NCBI GenBank assembly: GCA_037446635.1
Contig: JBBIIG010000042.1
Coordinates: 1 to 32,568 of the forward strand
Length of the DNA stretch: 32,568 nucleotides
Direction: 5' to 3'
Origin: a bacterium
Lineage (GTDB): Bacteria; Zhuqueibacterota; Zhuqueibacteria; Oceanimicrobiales; Oceanimicrobiaceae
This document shows positions 1 through 7,789 of this stretch, one piece after another. The translations under genes were made by a program, and so were the position numbers. A model generated the notes under the pieces. That model was not told where the DNA came from. It did no database searches and worked only from the letters and a program-made list of their open reading frames with translations. Each line of letters begins with the position of its first letter. The first letter of the stretch is position 1.

Positions 1-23
1 AGTTATGGAGTAATGGAACAATG
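1..23. repeat. Partial 8-nt-period TGGAGTAA-type repeat arm
   Basis: agtta TGGAGTAA TGGAACAA TG; same unit as the repeats at 6306-6420 and 24826-24890. Confidence 0.45.
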
Positions 24-53
24 TAATTTAACCAAATCTGGAGGAGAGTACAA

Positions 54-290
54 ATGGCACTAGAAGACAAAGTAAAGGAAATCATCGTTGAGCAATTGGG
101 TGTGGATGCCGCGGAAGTTACCCCCACTGCCTCTTTTATAGATGATTTAGGGGCCGATTCGTTGGACACCGTGGAGTTGGTGATGGCCTTCGAAGAGGAA
201 TTTGATATCGAAATTCCGGATGAAGACGCTGAGAAGATGACGACGGTGGGGCAGGCGATTGATTATTTGAAAGCGAAGGTAAAGAAGTAG
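54..290 (+). CDS. acpP: Acyl carrier protein
   Basis: [14 protein letters not shown] phosphopantetheine motif; GGAGGAG RBS upstream. Confidence 0.98.
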   Translation: MALEDKVKEIIVEQLGVDAAEVTPTASFIDDLGADSLDTVELVMAFEEEFDIEIPDEDAEKMTTVGQAIDYLKAKVKK

Positions 291-299
291 TTTCTAAGT

Positions 300-1556
300 A
301 TGAAAAAGAACATGGAATGGCAGCGGGTGGTAGTGACGGGAATGGGAGTTATCACGCCGCTGGGAAATGATCTGGAAGAGTTTTGGCGAAATCTGCTGGC
401 CGGTCAAAGCGGCGTCGATCTCATCACCAAGTTCGACGCCACTGCATTTGACACCAAGTTCGCCGGCGAGGTGAAAGATTTTAACGTGGAAGATTTCATC
501 GATCGCAAGGAAGCGCGGCGGATGGATCTCTTCACCCAGTATGCCCTTGCCGCCGCGGAGAAGGCCATCCAGCATGCGGCTATCCAGTTTGACGGCATGG
601 ATAAAGAACGCGTGGGTGTCATCGTCAGCTCTGGAATTGGCGGCATGGATACGTTTGAAAAGCAATCGCGCACGCTGATCGAGCGCGGGCCGGGCCGCGT
701 TAGCCCATTTTTTATCCCCATGCTCATTTCCGACATTGCGCCCGGCTACATTTCCATTCGCTATGGTTTGAAGGGGCCAAATTTTTCAACCGTCTCGGCG
801 TGCGCCTCGAGTTCACATGCGATTGGCGAGGCCTTTCGCACGATTCAACGCGGCGATGCCGACGTGATGATTTGCGGCGGCGCTGAGGCGACCATCACGC
901 CGCTGGGCGTGGCCGGCTTCAACGCCATGAAAGCACTCTCCACCCGCAACGACGCGCCCAGCAAAGCCAGCCGTCCGTTCGACAAAAACCGCGACGGCTT
1001 TGTGATGGGCGAAGGCGCCGGCATCGTAGTGCTGGAAAGCCTCGAACATGCCGTGAAGCGCGGCGCAACGATTTTGGCGGAAGTCGCCGGTGTTGGTTAT
1101 ACTGCGGACGCCTATCACATCACCGCGCCCGCGCCCGGCGGCGAAGGCGCCATTCGCGCTATGCGCAAAGCCCTGGACGACGCCGGGCTGGCGCCGACGG
1201 ATATCGATTACATCAACACCCACGGCACCTCCACGCCGCACGGCGACGCAGCGGAAACCGGCGCCATTAAAAGCGTTTTTGGCGAACACGCGTACCAGCT
1301 CAATATCAATTCTACCAAATCGATGATTGGCCATCTTTTGGGCGCCTCCGGCGGAGTCGAGTTCGTGGTCACCACCTTAACGGTGATGCGAGACCTGGTG
1401 CATCCCACCATCAATTATGAGGAACCCGATCCCGAATGCGATCTCAATTACACACCCAATGAGCCGCAAAAACGGGCCGTGCGCGCCGCAATTTCCAATT
1501 CATTTGGTTTTGGGGGGCACAATGTTTCGATTGTGGTAAAAAAATATATCAATTAA
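300..1556 (+). CDS. fabF: 3-oxoacyl-ACP synthase II
   Basis: RVVVTGMG start, SACASS catalytic Cys, HGTST, KSMIGHLLGA, SNSFGFGGHN; follows acpP. Confidence 0.97.
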   Translation: MKKNMEWQRVVVTGMGVITPLGNDLEEFWRNLLAGQSGVDLITKFDATAFDTKFAGEVKDFNVEDFIDRKEARRMDLFTQYALAAAEKAIQHAAIQFDGMDKERVGVIVSSGIGGMDTFEKQSRTLIERGPGRVSPFFIPMLISDIAPGYISIRYGLKGPNFSTVSACASSSHAIGEAFRTIQRGDADVMICGGAEATITPLGVAGFNAMKALSTRNDAPSKASRPFDKNRDGFVMGEGAGIVVLESLEHAVKRGATILAEVAGVGYTADAYHITAPAPGGEGAIRAMRKALDDAGLAPTDIDYINTHGTSTPHGDAAETGAIKSVFGEHAYQLNINSTKSMIGHLLGASGGVEFVVTTLTVMRDLVHPTINYEEPDPECDLNYTPNEPQKRAVRAAISNSFGFGGHNVSIVVKKYIN

Positions 1557-1587
1557 TCCTGGTCAGCACAGTTATCTCCTTCTCGGT

Positions 1588-2340
1588 ATGTTCAACTGGA
1601 TTAAGCTTCCGCTCAAGAGACTTTTCGGTTTTAAGAAAGAACCCCGCCGGATCGACTTCCAAGCCCTCCGGGAAACCATCAATTACAATTTCAGCAAAGA
1701 AGAGTTATTTGTTCAAGCCTTAAAGCACCGTTCATTTCTTCCCGTAGCCCATGAAAGCCGCATTCATTCCAACGAACGTTTGGAACTGTTGGGAGATGCC
1801 GTGCTGGGTCTGGTGGTGGTGGAATTCCTTTATCAGCGATATCCAGAGAAAGAAGAGGGCGAGCTAACCAGCATGAAGTCGTTGATTGTAAGTCGGCGGA
1901 TTTTAGCGCGAGTTGCCCGCGCCTTGAGGTTGGGCCAGTTTATTTTGCTCAGCGACTCCGAAGAAAAATCCGGCGGACGCTCTCGCGCCTCCATCAACTC
2001 GGATGCGCTGGAAGCGATCATCGGTGCGATTTATTTGGACGGCGGGTTGGAGAAAGCGCGCGAGTTCATCCACGAAAAAGTGTTAGCGAATTTCGAGGAG
2101 GTCATTTCCCGTGAGCTGCATAAGAATTTCAAGAGCATGCTGCTGGAATATTCCCAGAGCCGCAACTTAGGCCTGCCGTACTACCACGTCCAGTCCGTAA
2201 ATGGTCCGGACCACGAAAAGATTTTTACGATTGAAGTGAAAATTCAGGATGAGGTTTTGGGGTTGGGCATCGCCAACAGTAAAAAACGCGCGGAGCAATT
2301 GGCGGCCCGCGACGCACTGCGCAATTTGTATATTATTTGA
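1588..2340 (+). CDS. rnc: Ribonuclease III
   Basis: HSNERLELLGDAVLGL signature, DALEAIIGAIYLD, C-terminal dsRBD (GPDHEKIF..KKRAEQLAA). Confidence 0.97.
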   Translation: MFNWIKLPLKRLFGFKKEPRRIDFQALRETINYNFSKEELFVQALKHRSFLPVAHESRIHSNERLELLGDAVLGLVVVEFLYQRYPEKEEGELTSMKSLIVSRRILARVARALRLGQFILLSDSEEKSGGRSRASINSDALEAIIGAIYLDGGLEKAREFIHEKVLANFEEVISRELHKNFKSMLLEYSQSRNLGLPYYHVQSVNGPDHEKIFTIEVKIQDEVLGLGIANSKKRAEQLAARDALRNLYII

Positions 2341-2624
2341 ATTCTCCTGAAATGGAATTGCGCGAAAAGGTTTTAAATATCCTCAAACAAAAATTCGGTG
2401 TGGAGGACGCTTATACATTCCTGGATTTTATAGAAACCAGGGTGCGTACCGACGTTGCGACTCAAAAGGATATTTATGAGTTGAAGCTTGAAATCGAAAG
2501 GGTTCGTGCAGAACTAAAAACCGACATTGAAAAAGTGCCAATGAATATTATCAAGTGGAATTTTGGTTTTTGGATTACCCAATTCGCCGCGTTAGTTGGG
2601 GTTTTGTTTAAGTTGTTAAGTTAA
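2337..2624 (+). CDS. Small coiled-coil protein with hydrophobic C-terminus (DUF1640/CCDC90-like)
   Basis: VATQKDIYELKLEIERVRAELKTDIEK then IIKWNFGFWITQ; AT-rich; overlaps rnc stop; true start may be ATG 2352. Confidence 0.7.
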   Translation: MNSPEMELREKVLNILKQKFGVEDAYTFLDFIETRVRTDVATQKDIYELKLEIERVRAELKTDIEKVPMNIIKWNFGFWITQFAALVGVLFKLLS

Positions 2625-3874
2625 TCCCGTTCCAAAATCATCGCCGCGGCCATCGCGCCGGCGGCGCAAATGCTCACCAGGCCGTATTTCGATCCCCGCC
2701 GTTTCATTTCGTTCGCCAACGTTGTGACAATACGCCCGCCGGTGGCCGCAAACGGGTGCCCCACCGCAATTGAACTGCCGAGCGGGTTCAGTTTGTCAAC
2801 CGCAATCTTTCCGATGGCAGGTTCTTTCCAGCCCTTTTCCCAGGCGCGGAGGTTGCACGCCACCTGCGCGCCAAACGCTTCGTGAACTTCGATGATGTCC
2901 ATTTCGGAAAGCTGCAACCCGCACTTTTTCAACAGCCGCGGCACCGCGACGCACGGCGCCATCAGCAAACCGTCGTTGGGGGAGATGGCGGCGTATTCAA
3001 AGGCGCGGATGAACGCCAGCGGCTCGCGGCCTTCCTTTTTGGCGCGTTGCTCCGACATCAACAGCACCGCGGAGGCGCCGTCAGTGAGCGGGCTGGAGTT
3101 GCCGGCGGAAATGGTGCCGCTGGCGCTGCGATCGAACACCGGCGGCAGCTTGGCGAGCTTGTCGAGGGTGGTGTCCGAGCGGATCAAAAGATCGCGGTCA
3201 ACGTCTGCCAACGGGTAAATTTCCGAACGCAGCCGGCCGTCTTCGGTGGCGGCGTGGGCGTTTTTGTGGCTGCGAAAGGCGATTTCATCCTGCTCGGCCC
3301 GCGAGATGTTCCACTCCTTCGCCATAATTTCGCAGTGCTGGCCCATCGTCAGTCCGGTGGACGGTTCAGCGATGGCCGGCGCTGAGGGCTTGAAATGCCA
3401 GGGGCGAATTTGCGCAAAGTTGGCTAACCGTGCGCCCACGGTTTTGGCGGAGGCGGCATCCAGAAAAATACGCGAGATTTTTTTGCCAAAGAGCAGCGGC
3501 GGGTTGGACATCGATTCCGTGCCGCCGGCAATGCCGATTTCCGTGCGGCCGGTTACAATGGAATCGTAAATCGCGGTGATGGCATGAATACCGGTGATGC
3601 AGTTATTGGAGACGGTGTGCGCCCGCACCGTCGCCGGCAGTTCGGTTTTGAAGACGATTTCGCGGGCCAGGTTTGGAATTTTGGGATCGCCGATCACGAT
3701 CCCAAAAACCAGTTCGTCCACCGATTCTGGCTTCAGACTATGTTGAGAAATCAATCCCTTCGCCGCGTGTACACCCAATTGCAGCGCGGAATAATTTTTG
3801 AAGACAGTTCCGGCTTTAACAAATGGGGTGCGCGTCCCGGCAACGATAGCAACCCGGTTCTGATTTTTGGGCAT
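2621..3874 (-). CDS. fadI: Acetyl-CoA C-acyltransferase (thiolase, FadI-like)
   Basis: RTPFVK, NNCITG, NSSPLTDGASAVLL, HEAFGAQ, GHPFAATGGR, SICAAGA motifs. Confidence 0.85.
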   Translation of the reverse strand: MPKNQNRVAIVAGTRTPFVKAGTVFKNYSALQLGVHAAKGLISQHSLKPESVDELVFGIVIGDPKIPNLAREIVFKTELPATVRAHTVSNNCITGIHAITAIYDSIVTGRTEIGIAGGTESMSNPPLLFGKKISRIFLDAASAKTVGARLANFAQIRPWHFKPSAPAIAEPSTGLTMGQHCEIMAKEWNISRAEQDEIAFRSHKNAHAATEDGRLRSEIYPLADVDRDLLIRSDTTLDKLAKLPPVFDRSASGTISAGNSSPLTDGASAVLLMSEQRAKKEGREPLAFIRAFEYAAISPNDGLLMAPCVAVPRLLKKCGLQLSEMDIIEVHEAFGAQVACNLRAWEKGWKEPAIGKIAVDKLNPLGSSIAVGHPFAATGGRIVTTLANEMKRRGSKYGLVSICAAGAMAAAMILERD

Positions 3875-3898
3875 CGTTTGGTTTCTCCTAAAGTTAGT

Positions 3899-4102
3899 TT
3901 AGCATCCTAACAGCCCGCGGGCCGCGAAGTAAGGCAAGATTAGATAAATCACCGAGTCTCGAATCAAATAAAAAAGAAAGACCGCGGCGACAATTTTCCA
4001 ACCCTTTTCTTTCACCAACCCGCGAAAACCTTTTTCTTTGCAAACCGTTGTCCATTCCTGGATTACTTGCGGTTTGAAAATTCTGGCCAGTACGTTTTTC
4101 AT
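3899..4102 (-). CDS. Small hypothetical membrane protein
   Basis: 67 aa ATG ORF with one hydrophobic segment (KIVAAVFLFYLIRDSVIYLILPY), directly upstream of the thiolase. Confidence 0.7.
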   Translation of the reverse strand: MKNVLARIFKPQVIQEWTTVCKEKGFRGLVKEKGWKIVAAVFLFYLIRDSVIYLILPYFAARGLLGC

Positions 4103-4218
4103 GGACTATTTGTTAATTGTCATTGAGGGGAAGAAATTCTGAGTGCTCTATAAATTAGGTGCGACAATATAGAGATTGCGAACGTGGAATACCACAAAAA
4201 TTTTGAAGGAGAAAGCCC

Positions 4219-4247
4219 TTGACAAACGCTGGCAAATCAAGTATATT
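4219..4247 (+). promoter_or_regulatory. Sigma70-type promoter
   Basis: TTGACA(4219-4224)-17 nt-TATATT(4242-4247). Confidence 0.75.
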
Positions 4248-4260
4248 CGCAAGCGTTTGT
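4222..4260. promoter_or_regulatory. Inverted repeat overlapping the promoter (possible operator pair)
   Basis: ACAAACGCTGGCAAAT ... ATTCGCAAGCGTTTGT, 14/16 complementary. Confidence 0.5.
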
Positions 4261-4360
4261 AAAACTGTGAAAGTATGCTGGATGCGATTGCCTGAAAGGG
4301 CAATTTGCTATCCGCACCCAGAGAAGGATGGTGGTCTCCTAACCATCCTTCTCACTTTTT
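4254..4360 (+). ncRNA. Candidate small RNA (about 105 nt)
   Basis: Lies between a consensus promoter and a + strand intrinsic terminator; GAAA-capped hairpin at about 4277-4315; no credible ORF. Confidence 0.55.
4321..4360 (+). terminator. Intrinsic terminator
   Basis: 12-bp perfect stem GAGAAGGATGGT/ACCATCCTTCTC, loop GGTCTCCTA, followed by ACTTTTT. Confidence 0.75.
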
Positions 4361-4388
4361 AGGCTTATTTATCGCCTCTCGAGATCAT

Positions 4389-5042
4389 CTAACTAACCGG
4401 CCATTCTTCGCCGGTCGCCGCCATTTCCCAGAAAAGATATTCGTAGCGTGCCGTCATTTCAAACAGATCGCCCATGCGATCTAGGGCATGTTGCGGTTGG
4501 CCCTTTGCCAGATCATCGAGGGTCGCCGCCAGCCACTCGACATATTGTTGAAATCCCGGACTCGTCCAGTTTTCAATAAATGACTGCCACTGGCTCACGC
4601 CTTTGAGATTTTTTTTCACCGCCATCCATGAATCAAAATAAGCTTTCTCTGCGGCGTAGAGTACCGTGAAGCCCTCTTCGAACGACCGGCCGTAGGCGGT
4701 GGCCATGAGAAATTGCAGATAAGCGTGACAAGTGGGAGAGGGCTGCACGTCATCGAGATTCACGCCGTGGGCTTCGGCGTTTTGTCGGAACAGTTTCAGC
4801 TCGTTGTCCAACGCTGGCAGCACTTGCGTGAGATTCGGGCGCAGCTCCAGCGGCGCTTTCGCCAGCAGTACCGCGATGAAGGGGATGGCGTCGCGCACGA
4901 AGATGTAATCCTGCCGCATCCAGATTTTGAAGGTATCGTCCGGGATGGCGCCGTCGGCAGTCATTTTTAAAAAACGGTGGGACAGCATTTTCTGCCATAA
5001 GCTTTGGGTTTGATTTAGCAGTTGTTCATGAAATTGCATCAT
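4389..5042 (-). CDS. tenA: TenA/THI-4 family protein (TenA_E-like, no obvious catalytic Cys)
   Basis: HRFL, WMRQDYIF, YAAEKAY, FIENWTS, YEYLFWEMA; GGAGA RBS before ATG 5042. Confidence 0.85.
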   Translation of the reverse strand: MMQFHEQLLNQTQSLWQKMLSHRFLKMTADGAIPDDTFKIWMRQDYIFVRDAIPFIAVLLAKAPLELRPNLTQVLPALDNELKLFRQNAEAHGVNLDDVQPSPTCHAYLQFLMATAYGRSFEEGFTVLYAAEKAYFDSWMAVKKNLKGVSQWQSFIENWTSPGFQQYVEWLAATLDDLAKGQPQHALDRMGDLFEMTARYEYLFWEMAATGEEWPVS

Positions 5043-5080
5043 TTTTGATTCTCCCGTTTTAATTGAATCAAAGCACGTAC

Positions 5081-5152
5081 TCACCACGAAGTACACGAAG
5101 AGCACAAAGTTTAAAAAATATCAAACTGGATTGAGGGTGGTTCTTCGTGATA
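5081..5152. repeat. 9-nt-period imperfect inverted repeat (CACGAAG family)
   Basis: ACCACGAAG TACACGAAG AGCACAAAG ... decayed arm GTTCTTCGTGA. Confidence 0.55.
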
Positions 5153-5224
5153 AAATTAATGAAAAGCAAGTCAATCGATTTTACAATAGTATTTAAGATC
5201 CGAAAGCGGCGAACCCGGCGCTCA

Positions 5225-6265
5225 TCACCGCACGTTTTGCATAAACACATTCTCTAAAAAGAACAACGCCACAAACGCGATGATGCCCGCCGCCAGCGGC
5301 GTCGCCACCCAGCCCAATGCAATTTCTCCCAACATGCGATAGTTGATGTTTCTCGCGTTTTTCAATAATCCAATTCCTAAAATTGCGCCAATAACCACCT
5401 GCGTGCTGGACACTGGCGCCAGCGGGATCGGCGGCAAGCCCATCGCAACTAATAATTCTGACAACCCCTTTGATGAAAAGATAAACAGTACCAACCCGTG
5501 CGCCAGCACCACCACCAGCGCGGCTTCCGGCGAGAGGCGAAACAGGCTGCGGCCCACCGTGCGCATGACTTTTTCGGAATAGGTATAAATCCCAATCGCA
5601 ATCGCCACTCCGCCAATAAAAAAAAGCTGCTGCCGGCTGCTGAACGGGATCAGCCCAAACAAGTGGATGTCCCGAAAGGGCGAGACCGGCACAAACACCC
5701 CCATGACATTGGCGATGTTGTTGGCGCCCAAACTGTAGGCTCCAAACGCGCCAACCACGATGAGGCCAAGCCGCGTGTACAAATCCAATTCCAGCAAATG
5801 GATTTGAGCGCGATTGAAAAAGAAGCGAAACAGCCTAAACAAAATCATGGCAAATGCCGCCGCCAAAATTACGCTGAGAATCCAACTGGATACGATCTGA
5901 GAAAGAACGTGCGGGTCCGTGGGCGAGCCGCTGTACAAGTTCCAGCCAACGATGGCACCCACAATGGCTTGCGAGGTTGACACCGGCAGCTTGAGGTTCG
6001 ACATCCAGAAAATGGATGCGCCTGCGGCTGCCGCCACTGCGAACGCGCCGGCGATAGCGTTAACCGCCCCCAATTCGCCCAGCGTTTTCGACGCTCCCGC
6101 CCCGCTTACCACCGCGCCGAGGATCACAAACACGCTGCAAATAAACGCCGCGCTGCGAAAACGGATCATCTTCGAGCCCACCGCGGTGCCGAACACGTTG
6201 GCGGCATCGTTGGCGCCGAGCGACCAGCCTAAAAAAAGACCACTTGATAGAAAGAATAATGTCAC
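5225..6265 (-). CDS. pit: Inorganic phosphate transporter, PiT family
   Basis: GANDAANVFGTAVG and GANNIANVMG repeats, LPVSTSQAIVGA, PVSSTQVVIGA. Confidence 0.92.
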   Translation of the reverse strand: MTLFFLSSGLFLGWSLGANDAANVFGTAVGSKMIRFRSAAFICSVFVILGAVVSGAGASKTLGELGAVNAIAGAFAVAAAAGASIFWMSNLKLPVSTSQAIVGAIVGWNLYSGSPTDPHVLSQIVSSWILSVILAAAFAMILFRLFRFFFNRAQIHLLELDLYTRLGLIVVGAFGAYSLGANNIANVMGVFVPVSPFRDIHLFGLIPFSSRQQLFFIGGVAIAIGIYTYSEKVMRTVGRSLFRLSPEAALVVVLAHGLVLFIFSSKGLSELLVAMGLPPIPLAPVSSTQVVIGAILGIGLLKNARNINYRMLGEIALGWVATPLAAGIIAFVALFFLENVFMQNVR

Positions 6266-6305
6266 GGCGACACAGTATTTAATTTAACAGTGGGCCCAAT
6301 CACGA

Positions 6306-6420
6306 GGATTAATGGAGTGTTGGAGTGATGGAGTACTGGAGTACTGTCGAGACAAGACACAAGTCGAGATCAGCAATCCAACGATCCATTAAGCCAAAAC
6401 TCCAAAACTCCATTAATCCA
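6306..6420. repeat. Inverted element built of 8-nt tandem units (TGGAGTNN ... NNACTCCA)
   Basis: GGATTAA TGGAGTGT TGGAGTGA TGGAGTAC TGGAGTAC ... GCAATCCA ACGATCCA TTAAGCCA AAACTCCA AAACTCCA TTAATCCA; outer 13 bp perfectly complementary. Confidence 0.85.
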
Positions 6421-6422
6421 TC

Positions 6423-7067
6423 TCAGATGCTGCGTTTGATGGCATAAATCGAAAGCCGATCCGCCACGGCCTCGGCGCGATCGGCAAGAGAATCGACGTG
6501 CTGCACAAATGAGGTGAGGTGCATTTAGCGGGCGAGATGGATTTTGAGGCCGAAGATGCGGCGCTGCATTTGCTCGGCAGTTTTGTCGGCTTCTTTCTCA
6601 TAAAAATAGACTTTGTGAAGATGATCTTTGACAGCGTTCACTTCACGGAAAAAGGCTCGTGCTGACAACACAATCTCCTCGCCTGCCTTTGACGCCTGCT
6701 CGGTGAGATTAAGAAAATCTTTGATAAGCACCATTTGGATATCCGGTGACTCAACTGAAAATTGGATGAGCAGATGTTTGGCCGTATCGATGACATTGTC
6801 CATGTTTTCCAGCAACCCCAACACGTCGCCGCGGTGTTCAGGAATCAGCGAGTGGCTGTAGAGTTGATTTTCGATGGTGCGGCGCAATTCGTCGGCGCGG
6901 TTTTCCAAGTGGCGCACCGCGGCGAGGTCAGACTCGAATTTCTCGCGATCGTTGTGAAGATAATCCTTAATGCCCTGCTGGAACACCAGCACGCCTTCGC
7001 TGACCGCGTTGAGAAATTCGTCGATCTGCGCTTCGATAATTTTGGTGGATTTGAGAAGGATGGGCAT
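6423..7067 (-). pseudogene. DUF47 / PhoU-like phosphate transport regulator with in-frame premature TAA at 6525-6527
   Basis: HLENRADELRR, YEKEADK; frame continues after the stop as MHLTSFVQHVDSLADRAEAVADRLSIYAIKRSI* to 6423; adjacent to pit. Confidence 0.8.
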
Positions 7068-7095
7068 GTAAGTTAAGGTTGGCTAATTTGTCTCT

Positions 7096-7314
7096 TTACT
7101 TGACTAATTCCTTGAATAGGTGGGAGCGGATTCCATAGATCGTAAACCCCACAACTTCTCCCAGCTTTTCACTATAGCGTAAAATCATCCCTTCTCCAAT
7201 ATCAATACCGACTGCTTCTTGGGGTCGGCCAAAACTGATGTAAAGCACATCCGCTTCTTCATCATACTCCCAATTCATTTTTTTTTCTTTGGCAAACAAC
7301 TTTATCTTTTCCAT
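7096..7314 (-). CDS. DUF2283-family putative antitoxin
   Basis: WEYDEEADVLYISFG..GMILRY..VVGFTI motif; start ATG 7314. Confidence 0.8.
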   Translation of the reverse strand: MEKIKLFAKEKKMNWEYDEEADVLYISFGRPQEAVGIDIGEGMILRYSEKLGEVVGFTIYGIRSHLFKELVK

Positions 7315-7612
7315 AGGACTTTTCTCCATTTCGCGTATTGATTTCAAGATATGCCGTCAACACGAAACCATCCTGTTGCATGGTCTCTTTATAAACAGCA
7401 ATGAGATACTTTGAAGTAATTTTTGTTTGCTTGTAGTGCCGCACAGCAAGCATTGCTTGCGCATCTCCTTCTAAAATGAGATCCGGACTCCCTATGGTTT
7501 CAATTAAACGCTCTCGTTCACCAATCATTTCAGGATGGCGTGAAATAATATGCTGCCAGCGCTCGTCCGTAATTCTAATTGGAATCCTGTTTTTTGAAAA
7601 GACGATGTTCAA
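7302..7612 (-). pseudogene. Putative toxin partner of DUF2283 (DUF4258/BrnT-like), frameshifted near the C-terminus
   Basis: IRITDERWQHIISRHPEM..PDLILEG..GFVLTAY; plausible end WRKVLWKR* (TAA 7302-7304) is in another frame. Confidence 0.6.
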
Positions 7613-7690
7613 TAAGTCTTTCCTTTAGAGTTGCTATTTAAAGTAACTCAATACATCTCAAAATGCAAGTTTCCTCCCCGAGTTTTTTTG

Positions 7691-7719
7691 TTGCAATTCC
7701 ACAGCGGGCTTGATATATT
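7691..7719 (+). promoter_or_regulatory. Probable sigma70 promoter of the xdh cluster
   Basis: TTGCAA-17 nt-TATATT with TGn extension. Confidence 0.5.
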
Positions 7720-7789
7720 AATTGCTACAAATACCGCGATTCGCTGAAGTTTTAGCAAACCCTGCAAATACACGATGGAGATGCGCTCC

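Noticed and set aside
4275..4362. Short ORFs (6 and 26 codons) within the sRNA candidate
   Set aside because: No ribosome-binding site, and the longer one runs through the terminator.
5043..5105. Extended N-terminus for TenA in the ORF track
   Set aside because: The extension is repeat-derived; the RBS supports ATG 5042.
5043..5224. TPP riboswitch upstream of tenA
   Set aside because: No CTGAGA/ACCTGA core motifs seen on the minus strand.
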